Assembly (NCBI GenBank): GCA_902621305.1
Contig: CACNLM010000002.1
Location: 69,812 to 133,811, forward strand
Origin: an uncultured Alphaproteobacteria bacterium
Lineage (GTDB): Bacteria > Pseudomonadota > Alphaproteobacteria > HIMB59 > GCA-002718135
DNA length: 64,000 nucleotides
Direction of reading: 5' to 3'
Below the pieces are notes generated by a model. The model was not told the DNA's origin, did no database searches, and saw only the letters and a list, made by a program, of their open reading frames with translations. Shown piece by piece: positions 37,961-47,231 of the stretch. Made by a program: the position numbers and the translations under genes. Position 1 is the first letter of the stretch, and every line of letters starts with the position of its first letter.

Positions 37961-38853
37961 TGGAAGCTAAACAATATATTGGAGAAGGTTGGAAACATGC
38001 AATCTTAATTATTGGTGCTATCGTAGTGATGCTCCCTTTTTATATGATGGTTTCTATGTCATTAAAATCTCAGCAAGAAATCCAATCAATTTCTGGTGGT
38101 CTTATTGGTGCGCAAGAAACTCAAACGTTTCCTGTATGTGTTAAAACTGGTTATTCAGAAGAAACATGTACAATGAAGCCATATCAATACAACTATTGGT
38201 TCGCTTTTGAAAAAGCTCCTATTCCTAGATACTTAATGAATGGTGTCATTGTTACTTTATCAATCTTCATCATTCAGGTTCTAGTCGCCTTACCGTGCGC
38301 GTATGCACTCGCCAAGTTACGGTTTTACGGACGAGAATTTGTTTTCTCGATGGTTTTATTTTGCTTGCTCATTCCAGTTCACGGAATTGCACTTCCATTA
38401 TATGTTATGTTGGCCCAGGCAGGACTGGTTGACACCTATTCCGCCTTAATACTCCCCTGGACCATATCGGTGTTTGGAATCTTTTTAATGCGGCAATTCT
38501 TTATGACTGTTCCAGATGAATTAATTGATGCCGCCAGGATGGATGGCATGGGAGAGTACGCAATCGTATGGAAAGTAATGCTTCCAACTGCAATACCAGC
38601 GTTACTTGCTTTTGCAATATTCTCAGTTGTTGCGCACTGGAATGATTATTTCTGGCCTCGCATGGTAATAACAGGAAATAGAGATCTCTTTACTCCACCA
38701 CTTGGTATAAGAGAATTTAGAGGTGGGATTGATAGTGACGAATTTGGTCCTATGATGGCTTCAATAGTTACTGTAACTGTTCCTCTCATTGTTGCTTTTA
38801 TAATCGCACAAAAACGATTTATTGAAGGAATTACTTTGACAGGCATGAAGTAA
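37960..38853 (+). CDS. ABC transporter permease (binding-protein-dependent family)
   Basis: EAA loop 'LIDAARMDGMGEYAIVWKVMLP'. Its start overlaps the previous stop. Confidence 0.8.
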   Translation: MEAKQYIGEGWKHAILIIGAIVVMLPFYMMVSMSLKSQQEIQSISGGLIGAQETQTFPVCVKTGYSEETCTMKPYQYNYWFAFEKAPIPRYLMNGVIVTLSIFIIQVLVALPCAYALAKLRFYGREFVFSMVLFCLLIPVHGIALPLYVMLAQAGLVDTYSALILPWTISVFGIFLMRQFFMTVPDELIDAARMDGMGEYAIVWKVMLPTAIPALLAFAIFSVVAHWNDYFWPRMVITGNRDLFTPPLGIREFRGGIDSDEFGPMMASIVTVTVPLIVAFIIAQKRFIEGITLTGMK

Positions 38854-38867
38854 ATTCTTATCTACTG

Positions 38868-39716
38868 ATGACATTGTCAGTAAATTTTATTTTTATCTTA
38901 ATTCTTGTTTCTGCTCTATGTCATGCAGTTTGGAGTGCTATAATAAAATCAAGCAAGAACCCTTTATCGTTAATGGGTATAACATCTGTCTTGGAAGTTA
39001 CTATTTTTTTACCTTTAACATTTACTGTTCCATTTCCAACTTTAGAGGTTTGGTATTTTTTAATAGCAACCGTAATCATTCATGTCTTCTACAGACTAAA
39101 TGTTATCTACTCATATAGGTACGGTGATCTCTCTTACATATATCCAATTTCTAGAGCAAGTTCATGTTTGTTTGTAGCAATCATTAGTATTTTATTTTTA
39201 AGTTCCGATATTAGTGTTGCTGGTTTTGTTGGAATATTAATTGTTTGTATTGGATTATTTTTAATTTCTTATTCTAAAAATTTATCTTTTAACTTCAGAG
39301 GTTTTGCTCTCGCAATATCAACAGCTATTCTAATTACTGCTTACACTTTAGTTGACGGAGTCGGGGTTAGACTTTCTGAAAATGGTTTTTCTTATATTTA
39401 CTGGCTCTTCACACTTAATGGAATACCTTTGCTAATTATTGGTTTGATCTCGAAAGATGGTTTACGAAAAAGAGAAACATACACATTTAGATCGGGGATT
39501 GCTGCTGGTGTCTTTGCAACAAGTAGTTACGCAATTGTTGTTTGGAGTATGCAATTTATAGAAATAGCTTATGTCTCTAGTATTAGAGAAATAAGCATTG
39601 TGTTTGCTGCAATTATTGGAATGCTTTTCTTATTTGAGAAGAATGCAAAATCTCGAATAATACCTTCTATTTTAATAGTGAGTGGTATTTCGGTTGTTTA
39701 TTTTCAGATTCTTTAA
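38868..39716 (+). CDS. EamA/DMT-superfamily transporter
   Basis: 282 aa with about 10 hydrophobic helices arranged as two EamA-like halves. Confidence 0.6.
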   Translation: MTLSVNFIFILILVSALCHAVWSAIIKSSKNPLSLMGITSVLEVTIFLPLTFTVPFPTLEVWYFLIATVIIHVFYRLNVIYSYRYGDLSYIYPISRASSCLFVAIISILFLSSDISVAGFVGILIVCIGLFLISYSKNLSFNFRGFALAISTAILITAYTLVDGVGVRLSENGFSYIYWLFTLNGIPLLIIGLISKDGLRKRETYTFRSGIAAGVFATSSYAIVVWSMQFIEIAYVSSIREISIVFAAIIGMLFLFEKNAKSRIIPSILIVSGISVVYFQIL

Positions 39717-39751
39717 GGAAAAAATATAGACTTTTTATACGAAAATTTTAT

Positions 39752-39922
39752 ATGACTTTTATGACTGAGAATATTGTGGAAGTAGATCCAAAAACCGAAA
39801 CTATCTCTTGCGATGGTGGTGAAGATGGTTTAGGACATCCCGCAGTTTATTATACCTTCAATAATGAGAACAAAATTGTCTGTGGTTATTGTGGTAAAAT
39901 ATTTATAAAAAAAGAAGAGTAG
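39752..39922 (+). CDS. small zinc-finger protein (zf-CHCC / NDUFS6-like), absent from the supplied ORF track
   Basis: Hand translation: MTFMTENIVEVDPKTETISCDGGEDGLGHPAVYYTFNNENKIVCGYCGKIFIKKEE*. It shows the C..G..GHP...C.YCG pattern of the CHCC zinc finger. An alternative start is at 39761. Confidence 0.6.
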   Translation: MTFMTENIVEVDPKTETISCDGGEDGLGHPAVYYTFNNENKIVCGYCGKIFIKKEE

Positions 39923-39924
39923 AA

Positions 39925-40278
39925 ATGTATAAAGAATCTTGGGGTCAAAAAAGAATTTGTCCAATGTGTAGTAAACAATACTACGACCTAGGAAGAACAG
40001 AGCTTGAATGTCCAGAATGTGGTAAACTAATTGAAGTTACTACCATGACTAGACCAAGACGTGGCAGAAAACCTGGTAGTACTAATGCTGCTCCTCTAAC
40101 GAATCCTATTCCTGCAAAACCAAAAGAAAAAGATGATGATCTTGATATCGATAATTTGGATTTGGATAACAACGAAGATAATCTTGAGGATGATACTGTT
40201 TTATTAGAAGACGAAACAGAAATTGATCCAATAGCCGAAGGTATTAAACCTAAAGAAGACGGCGAAGAAGAATACTAA
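39925..40278 (+). CDS. TIGR02300-type zinc-ribbon protein with acidic tail ('FYDLN_acid' family)
   Basis: 'KRICPMCSKQYYDLGRTELECPECG' four-Cys ribbon, then a basic stretch and a D/E-rich C-terminus. Confidence 0.7.
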   Translation: MYKESWGQKRICPMCSKQYYDLGRTELECPECGKLIEVTTMTRPRRGRKPGSTNAAPLTNPIPAKPKEKDDDLDIDNLDLDNNEDNLEDDTVLLEDETEIDPIAEGIKPKEDGEEEY

Positions 40279-40299
40279 AATTTCAATAAAATTTAGAAG

Positions 40300-41538
40300 A
40301 TGTTTAAGGTACTACAAAACACTTGGGCCCTTTTTTTTGGCTTTGCTTTAATTAGTCTTGGTCATGGTTTGCAAGGAACGCTAATCGGTGTTCGTTCTGT
40401 TTTAGAAGGTTTTAGTTTTTTTGCATCAGGGCTTATTATAGCTGGTTATTACGTTGGATACTTAACTGGCGCGTTAACAATTCCAATTTTTTTACAACGT
40501 GTTGGTCACATAAGAGTTTTTGCCGCTTTAGCATCGCTTGCTTCTATCGCTATATTATTACACTCAGTATTTGTTCATCCTTATTCATGGATGTTTATAC
40601 GAATATTAACTGGTTTAAGTCTTGCTGGAATTTATGTAATCATGGAGAGTTGGTTGAATGAAAAATCAACTAATCAAACTCGTGGTCAATTACTTTCCGT
40701 TTACATGATTATTACTTTTGTATTTGTTGGGGCAGGACAATTTTTATTAAATTTAGGTGATCCAGCTAAAGTTGATTTATTTATTTTAGTATCAATCTTA
40801 TTATCATTCGCCCTTCTTCCTATTCTTTTATCTTCAACAGAACAACCTAATACAGAAAGTCCTAAATTTTTTTCTTTAAGCGAATTTTATGCTTTATCAC
40901 CTTTAGGTTTTGTTGGTGCGTTAGCAACTGGTTTATCGCATAGTGCGGTTTTTGGATACGGTGCAATTTATGCATCATCTATTAATTTAAGCTTATTTGA
41001 AATTTCTCTGTATATGATGATTATAACGTCAGCTGGCGCTCTATCGCAGTGGCCTATTGGATATTTGTCAGATAGGATTGATAGACGTGTTATTCTTATT
41101 GGTGTTTCTTTTATGGCTTCAGGTTTGAGTTTATTTTTTGTTTTTGCAAACTTTATGCCGCTAACATTGTTCTTAATTTTTACTGGTCTTTTTTCAGTTG
41201 CATGTTTACCAATGTATTCACTTACGGTTGCTCATACAAATGACTTCTTACAACCTAATGAGATAGTATCAGCAAGTGCAACCTTTGGCATACTTATTGG
41301 TATTGGATCAATTATCGGACCTTTGTTTGTTTCTGGATTTATGGAAATTTTGGGAGCGGTAGGTTTTTACATCTATTTATTTTTAATACATGGACTACTA
41401 GGACTGTTTGGTTTGTATAGAATGACACAAAGAACTAAACCACGTGATCTTGAATCACAATACAATCCTTTACCACGAAATATTAGCCCTGCCGGTATGG
41501 AAATGAACCCCGTTACTGAACCAAATGAGGACGAGTAA
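40300..41538 (+). CDS. MFS transporter
   Basis: 412 aa with about 12 TM helices and an 'LSDRIDRR' loop motif typical of MFS. Confidence 0.7.
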   Translation: MFKVLQNTWALFFGFALISLGHGLQGTLIGVRSVLEGFSFFASGLIIAGYYVGYLTGALTIPIFLQRVGHIRVFAALASLASIAILLHSVFVHPYSWMFIRILTGLSLAGIYVIMESWLNEKSTNQTRGQLLSVYMIITFVFVGAGQFLLNLGDPAKVDLFILVSILLSFALLPILLSSTEQPNTESPKFFSLSEFYALSPLGFVGALATGLSHSAVFGYGAIYASSINLSLFEISLYMMIITSAGALSQWPIGYLSDRIDRRVILIGVSFMASGLSLFFVFANFMPLTLFLIFTGLFSVACLPMYSLTVAHTNDFLQPNEIVSASATFGILIGIGSIIGPLFVSGFMEILGAVGFYIYLFLIHGLLGLFGLYRMTQRTKPRDLESQYNPLPRNISPAGMEMNPVTEPNEDE

Positions 41539-42118
41539 GTCTTTTAAATATTCTGTGAAGTAATAAGAGAATAATTATTCCCATATAAATAACTGGTTCA
41601 GTTTTATCAGCGCGAACTAGAACATAAAAATGCATACTAGCCAGAATGGCTACTGGGTAAATTAAATAATGAATTTTCTTCCATAATTTAAAACCTAGTC
41701 GTTTAATCATATTGTTTGTTGAAGTGCTAGCAAGTGGAATTAAAAAGAGAAAACTTATAAAACCAAAAGTTATAAAAGGTCTTTTTATAATATCTTGTAT
41801 AATAAATTGCATATCTAAAAAATGATCTAAAACTATGTAAGTGGAGAAATGCAAACAAACATAATAGAAAGCAAAAAGACCAATCATTCTTCGTAAGACA
41901 ACTATTGATTTTAAATTTTTAATATTTGATAGAGTAGTAATCATAAGAGTTATGATTATTAATCTAAGCGCCATCAGACCCAATTCATCCATTAATTTTT
42001 CGATTGGATTTACACCTAGATTTCCAGTAACAAATTGGTACGCCCAGAGTAGACTAGGAAATAGAATTAAAATAAATAAGACAGGTTTACTGCGGTTAAA
42101 ATTTCTTGTTGAAAACAT
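41513..42118 (-). CDS. msrQ: protein-methionine-sulfoxide reductase haem-binding subunit MsrQ (YedZ)
   Basis: Ferric-reductase-like TM protein with conserved His in the helices ('CLHFSTY', 'IHYLIY'). Immediately downstream of msrP. Confidence 0.8.
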   Translation of the reverse strand: MFSTRNFNRSKPVLFILILFPSLLWAYQFVTGNLGVNPIEKLMDELGLMALRLIIITLMITTLSNIKNLKSIVVLRRMIGLFAFYYVCLHFSTYIVLDHFLDMQFIIQDIIKRPFITFGFISFLFLIPLASTSTNNMIKRLGFKLWKKIHYLIYPVAILASMHFYVLVRADKTEPVIYMGIIILLLLHRIFKRLTRPHLVQ

Positions 42119-42122
42119 TCAT

Positions 42123-43040
42123 TTAATAAAATTTAGTCAAATCTAAATCTTTGTAGAGATGTGCTACTTCTTCTTCATAGCCATTAAACATAAGTGTCTC
42201 TCTTCTTTTAAACTCTCCAATTCGTCTCTCTGTTCCTTGACTCCATCTTGGATGATTAACATTAGGATTAACATTAGCATAAAAACCATATTCCCAAGGA
42301 GCTAAAGTTTCCCAAGATGTTTCAGGTTGAGTATCTAAAAATCTAATTTCCACAATTGATTTAATTGATTTGAAACCATACTTCCATGGAACAACTAATC
42401 TTATGGGTGCACCATTTTGATTAGGCATTTCATGACCATACAATCCAGTTGCTAATATTGTTAAAGGATTCATTGCTTCATCCATTCGAAGCCCTTCTCT
42501 ATATGGCCAAATAATTGTTCTTTTTTGCTGACCTGGCATTTCTTCTGGTCTGAACACAGTTACAAATTGGACATACTTTGCTGAACTTAAAGGTTCAGCC
42601 ATTTTTATAAGTTCAGATAGTTGAAAGCCTTGCCAAGGAATAACCATGGACCATGCTTCAACACATCGTAATCGATAAACCCTATCTTCTATTGTTACAT
42701 TTGATAAAATTTTTTCTAAGTCAAATGTTTGAGGTTTTTTCACCAGACCATCTATTTTTATTGTCCATGGCCTAGGCTTAAAATTTCCAGAGTTTAAATG
42801 CGGATGTTTTTTGTGAGTTCCAAATTCATAAAAATTATTATACGTTGTGATTTCTTCGTAAGAATTGAGTTTATCGTTTTCATTTAAATTTTTACTATAA
42901 ATTGAAGGATCGTTTTCATGATTTGCAAGTGCTGATGATGTAACAGTAGCTAGCATAGCACTAGCCAAAGATCCCTTTATAAACTTTCGTCTATTTAAAT
43001 ATGTCTTGTAGGGTGTAATTTCAGATCCTAAAATTTTCAT
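42123..43040 (-). CDS. msrP: protein-methionine-sulfoxide reductase catalytic subunit MsrP (YedY, molybdopterin)
   Basis: Tat signal 'NRRKFIKGSLASAMLA'. 'YNNFYEFG', 'RLRCVEAWSMVIPWQG' and 'NGAPIRLVVPWKYGFKSIKSI' are YedY hallmarks. Confidence 0.88.
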   Translation of the reverse strand: MKILGSEITPYKTYLNRRKFIKGSLASAMLATVTSSALANHENDPSIYSKNLNENDKLNSYEEITTYNNFYEFGTHKKHPHLNSGNFKPRPWTIKIDGLVKKPQTFDLEKILSNVTIEDRVYRLRCVEAWSMVIPWQGFQLSELIKMAEPLSSAKYVQFVTVFRPEEMPGQQKRTIIWPYREGLRMDEAMNPLTILATGLYGHEMPNQNGAPIRLVVPWKYGFKSIKSIVEIRFLDTQPETSWETLAPWEYGFYANVNPNVNHPRWSQGTERRIGEFKRRETLMFNGYEEEVAHLYKDLDLTKFY

Positions 43041-43091
43041 ACTAATAATATATATCTTAAATATTAAAATTGAAGTTTTGCTTCAATAATT

Positions 43092-43526
43092 CTAACTCTT
43101 AAAATGGGAATTATATTTTTTTAGTAATTTTTCTGGCCATGTACTTTTGATAAATTCGATAATAGACCAAACATCATCATCTGATAACGTTTCATTACCA
43201 AGCATTTTTCCTTCATAATCAGGAATTATTTTTTTAAAACCATATTTAGTAACCTGAAATAAATATTTAGGGGAGTGATGCCAGGTATGGCCTGTGCCAT
43301 TAAGTGGCGGCGCTCTTCGATGACCGTCTTCATCTAAAGATTTATTCCACTCTTCATGACCAGCTAAATTACCCATATGACAGCCAGCACAATTTTCGGC
43401 ATATAATTTCATACCTTTAGAAATATCAATTTCTTCCGCATGAATACTTGACCCAATACATAATATTGTAATTAGTGAAATTAATTTAAGACACTGCATT
43501 ATATTTATATAATTTTTTAGATTCAT
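43092..43526 (-). CDS. class I c-type cytochrome
   Basis: Signal peptide, a single 'CAGCHMG' haem-binding motif and a distal Met-containing region. Confidence 0.7.
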   Translation of the reverse strand: MNLKNYINIMQCLKLISLITILCIGSSIHAEEIDISKGMKLYAENCAGCHMGNLAGHEEWNKSLDEDGHRRAPPLNGTGHTWHHSPKYLFQVTKYGFKKIIPDYEGKMLGNETLSDDDVWSIIEFIKSTWPEKLLKKYNSHFKS

Positions 43527-43567
43527 ATTTCATTACAAATCTGTCTTTTTTTTGATAGAATAAATTA

Positions 43568-45358
43568 ATGAAAAAAATTTTCATTTTTTTTGTCGTTTTA
43601 ACTTCAGTAATTTCATTTAATAATCATGCATACAGTGAAAAGGTTCACGGTATTGCAATGCATGGAATACCAAAGTATGCCAGTGATTTTGAAAATCTAG
43701 ATTATGTAAACCCAAATGCACCTAAGGGTGGTAGTGTGAAATTTGGATCATATGGATCTTTTGATAATCTTAATAGGGTAGCATTTAAAGGTTCTAAAGC
43801 TGCTGGCCTTGGGTACGTCAATGATACATTAATGAGAAGAGTTTGGGATGAAGCATTCTCTCTCTATGGATTGATAGCTGAGAAGGTTGAATTACCTAAA
43901 GATAGATCGTCTATAACTTTTTATTTAAATTCAAATGCAACCTTTCATGATGGCTCGCCAATAACACGTGATGACGTATTATTTAGTCTAGAAACGTTTC
44001 AAACAAAAGGTACGCCAAATCAGAAAAAAACTTATGGCAAAGTTATTAAAACTGAATTGATTGGAAATGATGGAATAAAAATGATTTTTGAAAATAATGA
44101 AGATAAAGAATTGCCTCTAATTATTGCAGGCTTTCTTCCTATCATTCCAAAAAAGTTTTATGAAAATCTTGATGTTACAAAAACATTTTTAGATATCCCT
44201 CTAGGCAGTGGGCCCTACCAGATTGATAGTCTCGATCCTGGGCGTCAAATAAAATACAAACGCGTTGAAAATTACTGGGCAAAAGATTTACCAGTGAATA
44301 AAGGTCTCTATAACTTTGATACAATTATTTATGATTATTATAAAGACTCAAATGTCTTAGTTGAGGCTTTTAAGGTTGGTGAATACGACTTTAGAAGAGA
44401 GTACAACGTTAAACGTTGGTTATCAGAATATGATTTCAAAGCTGTCCAGAATGGCGAAGTAATACTTACAGAAATGAATAATGATAGACCTGTTGGAATG
44501 AATGGTCTTGTGATGAATACAAGACGTGACATATTTAATAACAGAAATGTAAGACTTGCTTTAAGTTATGCCTATGATCATGAATGGATTAATAAAACAA
44601 TATATCAAAATGCATATGTCAGAACAGATAGTTATTTTGATAACTCACCATTAGCTTCTTCAGGTTTACCGTCAAAAAATGAGCTAGAATTATTGAATGT
44701 ATGGAAAGATGAGATTCCAGCAGAAGTATTTACGGAAACATTTACCCCACCTCTTACGGATGGAAGTGGAAATGATCGTAAAAATTTATTGAAAGCAAAA
44801 GAGATACTAGAAAAAGAAGGATGGATAGTTGAAAATGGAAAGCTATTCAAAGATGGGCAAGAATTTAAATTTGAATTTTTAATTGTCAGTCCTTCAGATG
44901 AAAAAATAGCTTTAGCATATCAAAGTAACTTAAAAAAACTTGGCATTACTATGGATGTTAGAACAGTTGATTCCTCACAATATCAAGAACGTCTTTTAAG
45001 TTATGATTTTGATATGATTAAGAGATATTGGGGAGTGAGTCTAAGCCCTGGAAATGAACAACAATTTTATTGGGGCTCTGAAGTAGGAAAAAAAGATGGG
45101 AGTAGAAATTATCCTGGAATTGATAGTCCCGCAGTTGATGCATTAATTGAAAAACTAATAAATGCCTCAAATAGACAGGAGCTAACTACTGCAATTCACG
45201 CTCTTGATAGAGTTTTATTGTGGGGTCACTATGTTGTTCCACTCTATCATAGTAACAAAGATCGAATTGCTTATTGGGATTTTTTTGAGTATCCCGATGA
45301 AATTCCACTTTACGGGATAGTAATTGAATCTTGGTGGATTAATAAAGATAAACAATAA
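43568..45358 (+). CDS. ABC transporter substrate-binding protein, family 5 (YejA/oligopeptide-like), orphan
   Basis: 596 aa with a signal peptide and family-5 SBP architecture ('FHDGSPITRDDV', 'YQIDSLDPG'). No adjacent permease or ATPase genes. Confidence 0.7.
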   Translation: MKKIFIFFVVLTSVISFNNHAYSEKVHGIAMHGIPKYASDFENLDYVNPNAPKGGSVKFGSYGSFDNLNRVAFKGSKAAGLGYVNDTLMRRVWDEAFSLYGLIAEKVELPKDRSSITFYLNSNATFHDGSPITRDDVLFSLETFQTKGTPNQKKTYGKVIKTELIGNDGIKMIFENNEDKELPLIIAGFLPIIPKKFYENLDVTKTFLDIPLGSGPYQIDSLDPGRQIKYKRVENYWAKDLPVNKGLYNFDTIIYDYYKDSNVLVEAFKVGEYDFRREYNVKRWLSEYDFKAVQNGEVILTEMNNDRPVGMNGLVMNTRRDIFNNRNVRLALSYAYDHEWINKTIYQNAYVRTDSYFDNSPLASSGLPSKNELELLNVWKDEIPAEVFTETFTPPLTDGSGNDRKNLLKAKEILEKEGWIVENGKLFKDGQEFKFEFLIVSPSDEKIALAYQSNLKKLGITMDVRTVDSSQYQERLLSYDFDMIKRYWGVSLSPGNEQQFYWGSEVGKKDGSRNYPGIDSPAVDALIEKLINASNRQELTTAIHALDRVLLWGHYVVPLYHSNKDRIAYWDFFEYPDEIPLYGIVIESWWINKDKQ

Positions 45359-45375
45359 ATTTACATACATTTTCT

Positions 45376-46260
45376 ATGAGTCATACAAGAGCAAATATAA
45401 TGATGCTTATTGCATCACTTATATGGGGAACAGCATTTGTTAGTCAGACTACAGGTATGGGTGCCATTGGACCATTTACTTTTAGTTTTGGAAGATTTTT
45501 CTTTGCTTTTTTAACTGTGATTCCCTTTGCTATTTACCTTGAACAAAAAAATGTTTCAAAAATTTTGCATGATAGGAAAAAAATTTATCTTTGTATTGCA
45601 ACAGGAATTTTTCTGTTTGGTGGTATGGGCCTACAACAATATGCTCTCCAAAAATCGTTAATATCAAATGCTGCTTTTCTAAGCACACTTTATGTTCCAT
45701 TTGTTGGAATCATTTCAAGATTTATAATTAAAAAACAAGTTCACTGGATTATATGGGTTGCGATATTACTCTGTTTGTATGGGTCTTACCTCTTATCTTC
45801 AAATCAATCAGTTGAGATACAACAATCTGATAGTCTTTTATTTATAGCAGCCTTGTTTTTTGCTTTGCATATTATTTGTATTGATATTTTTATGAAGGAA
45901 CTCAATAGTCCTTTTTTGTTTGGTAGCATTCAATACTTTATAGTTTTTATATTATCTATGATTTTAGCATTCTGGTGGGAAGAACCAAAATTATCAAATA
46001 TGCAAATTGAATGGTTTGAAATTTTGTATACAGGAATTTTCTCTGCGGGAATTGGTTATACATTACAAATAATAGCTCAACAAAAAGCTAATCCTGCGCC
46101 AGCCGCAATTATATTATCGATGGAATCTGTATTTGCAGCAATTGCAGGATGGATACTTTTAAATCAAATCTTAGACACACAAAAAATACTGGGATGCCTT
46201 GCAATATTTATTGGAGTGATTATAGTACAACTTGTACCAATAATAATTAAACAAAAATGA
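45376..46260 (+). CDS. EamA/DMT-superfamily transporter
   Basis: 294 aa with ten hydrophobic helices. N-terminal 'LIASLIWGTAFV' is typical of the EamA domain. Confidence 0.65.
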   Translation: MSHTRANIMMLIASLIWGTAFVSQTTGMGAIGPFTFSFGRFFFAFLTVIPFAIYLEQKNVSKILHDRKKIYLCIATGIFLFGGMGLQQYALQKSLISNAAFLSTLYVPFVGIISRFIIKKQVHWIIWVAILLCLYGSYLLSSNQSVEIQQSDSLLFIAALFFALHIICIDIFMKELNSPFLFGSIQYFIVFILSMILAFWWEEPKLSNMQIEWFEILYTGIFSAGIGYTLQIIAQQKANPAPAAIILSMESVFAAIAGWILLNQILDTQKILGCLAIFIGVIIVQLVPIIIKQK

Positions 46261-47231
46261 GTGAAAAATTAGACGTAGTAGGAATTGGAAACGCAATGGT
46301 TGATGCGATTATTCCATCCGATCAAAGCGAAATTGAAAAACATGAAATAAATAGAGATTCTATGAATCTTATTGATGAAGGTTTGAAAAATAATTTACAT
46401 GATAGTTATTCAATCAGAGAAATGGCAGGTGGCGGATCACTTGGTAATTCTATGTTTGGAATTACATCATTCGGTGGCAATGGAAGCTTTATTGGAAAAA
46501 TAAAAAATGATGAAATTGGTATTTATCTTCAAAAAGATATGGTTCGTGAAGGATTAAAATTTCCTTTAGGTTTTACATCACCTGATATTTCAACAGGATG
46601 TTGTACAATATTTGTAGAAGAAGATGGAACAAGAACAATGTGTACCTTTTTGGGTGCGGGAACATTGATTGGCCCTGAAGATATCAAAGAGGATGATATT
46701 AAAAATCATAAGATTGCTTATTTAGAAGGATATTTGTGGGATAATGAAAATGCAAAAAAAGCTATGAAAAAAATGGTGGATATTTGTAAAGCCGATAACC
46801 AAAAAATTGCTTTTACTCTTTCAGATCTTTTTTGTGTTGATAGACACCGTGACTCTTTTAAAGAATTAATAACAGAGAATGTTGATATTTTATTTGCCAA
46901 TGAAGATGAAATCAAAGCTATGGCAGAAACAGATAGTTTTGATGAAGGTTTAGAATATGCAAAATCATTAAATATTGTTGCAGCTATTACTAAAGGAAGT
47001 AGTGGATCAGTAATTGTATCGGGAAGTGAAGTAACTGAAGTTTCGGCAAAAAAAGTAGAAAAGGTTATTGATACTACTGGTGCAGGAGATTTATTTGCAG
47101 CTGGCTTTTTGTTTGGTTATTCAAAAGATAAGAGCATGGAAGAATGCGGAAACTATGCATCGATTGCTGCAGCAGAAATTATTTCGCACTACGGAGCAAG
47201 ACCTTTAGTAAAACTATCTAGCTTAATTTAG
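46257..47231 (+). CDS. PfkB-family kinase, adenosine kinase candidate
   Basis: PfkB motifs 'GGGSLGNS' and the C-terminal 'DTTGAGDLFAAGF'. Converges on the adenosine deaminase gene. Confidence 0.65.
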   Translation: MSEKLDVVGIGNAMVDAIIPSDQSEIEKHEINRDSMNLIDEGLKNNLHDSYSIREMAGGGSLGNSMFGITSFGGNGSFIGKIKNDEIGIYLQKDMVREGLKFPLGFTSPDISTGCCTIFVEEDGTRTMCTFLGAGTLIGPEDIKEDDIKNHKIAYLEGYLWDNENAKKAMKKMVDICKADNQKIAFTLSDLFCVDRHRDSFKELITENVDILFANEDEIKAMAETDSFDEGLEYAKSLNIVAAITKGSSGSVIVSGSEVTEVSAKKVEKVIDTTGAGDLFAAGFLFGYSKDKSMEECGNYASIAAAEIISHYGARPLVKLSSLI

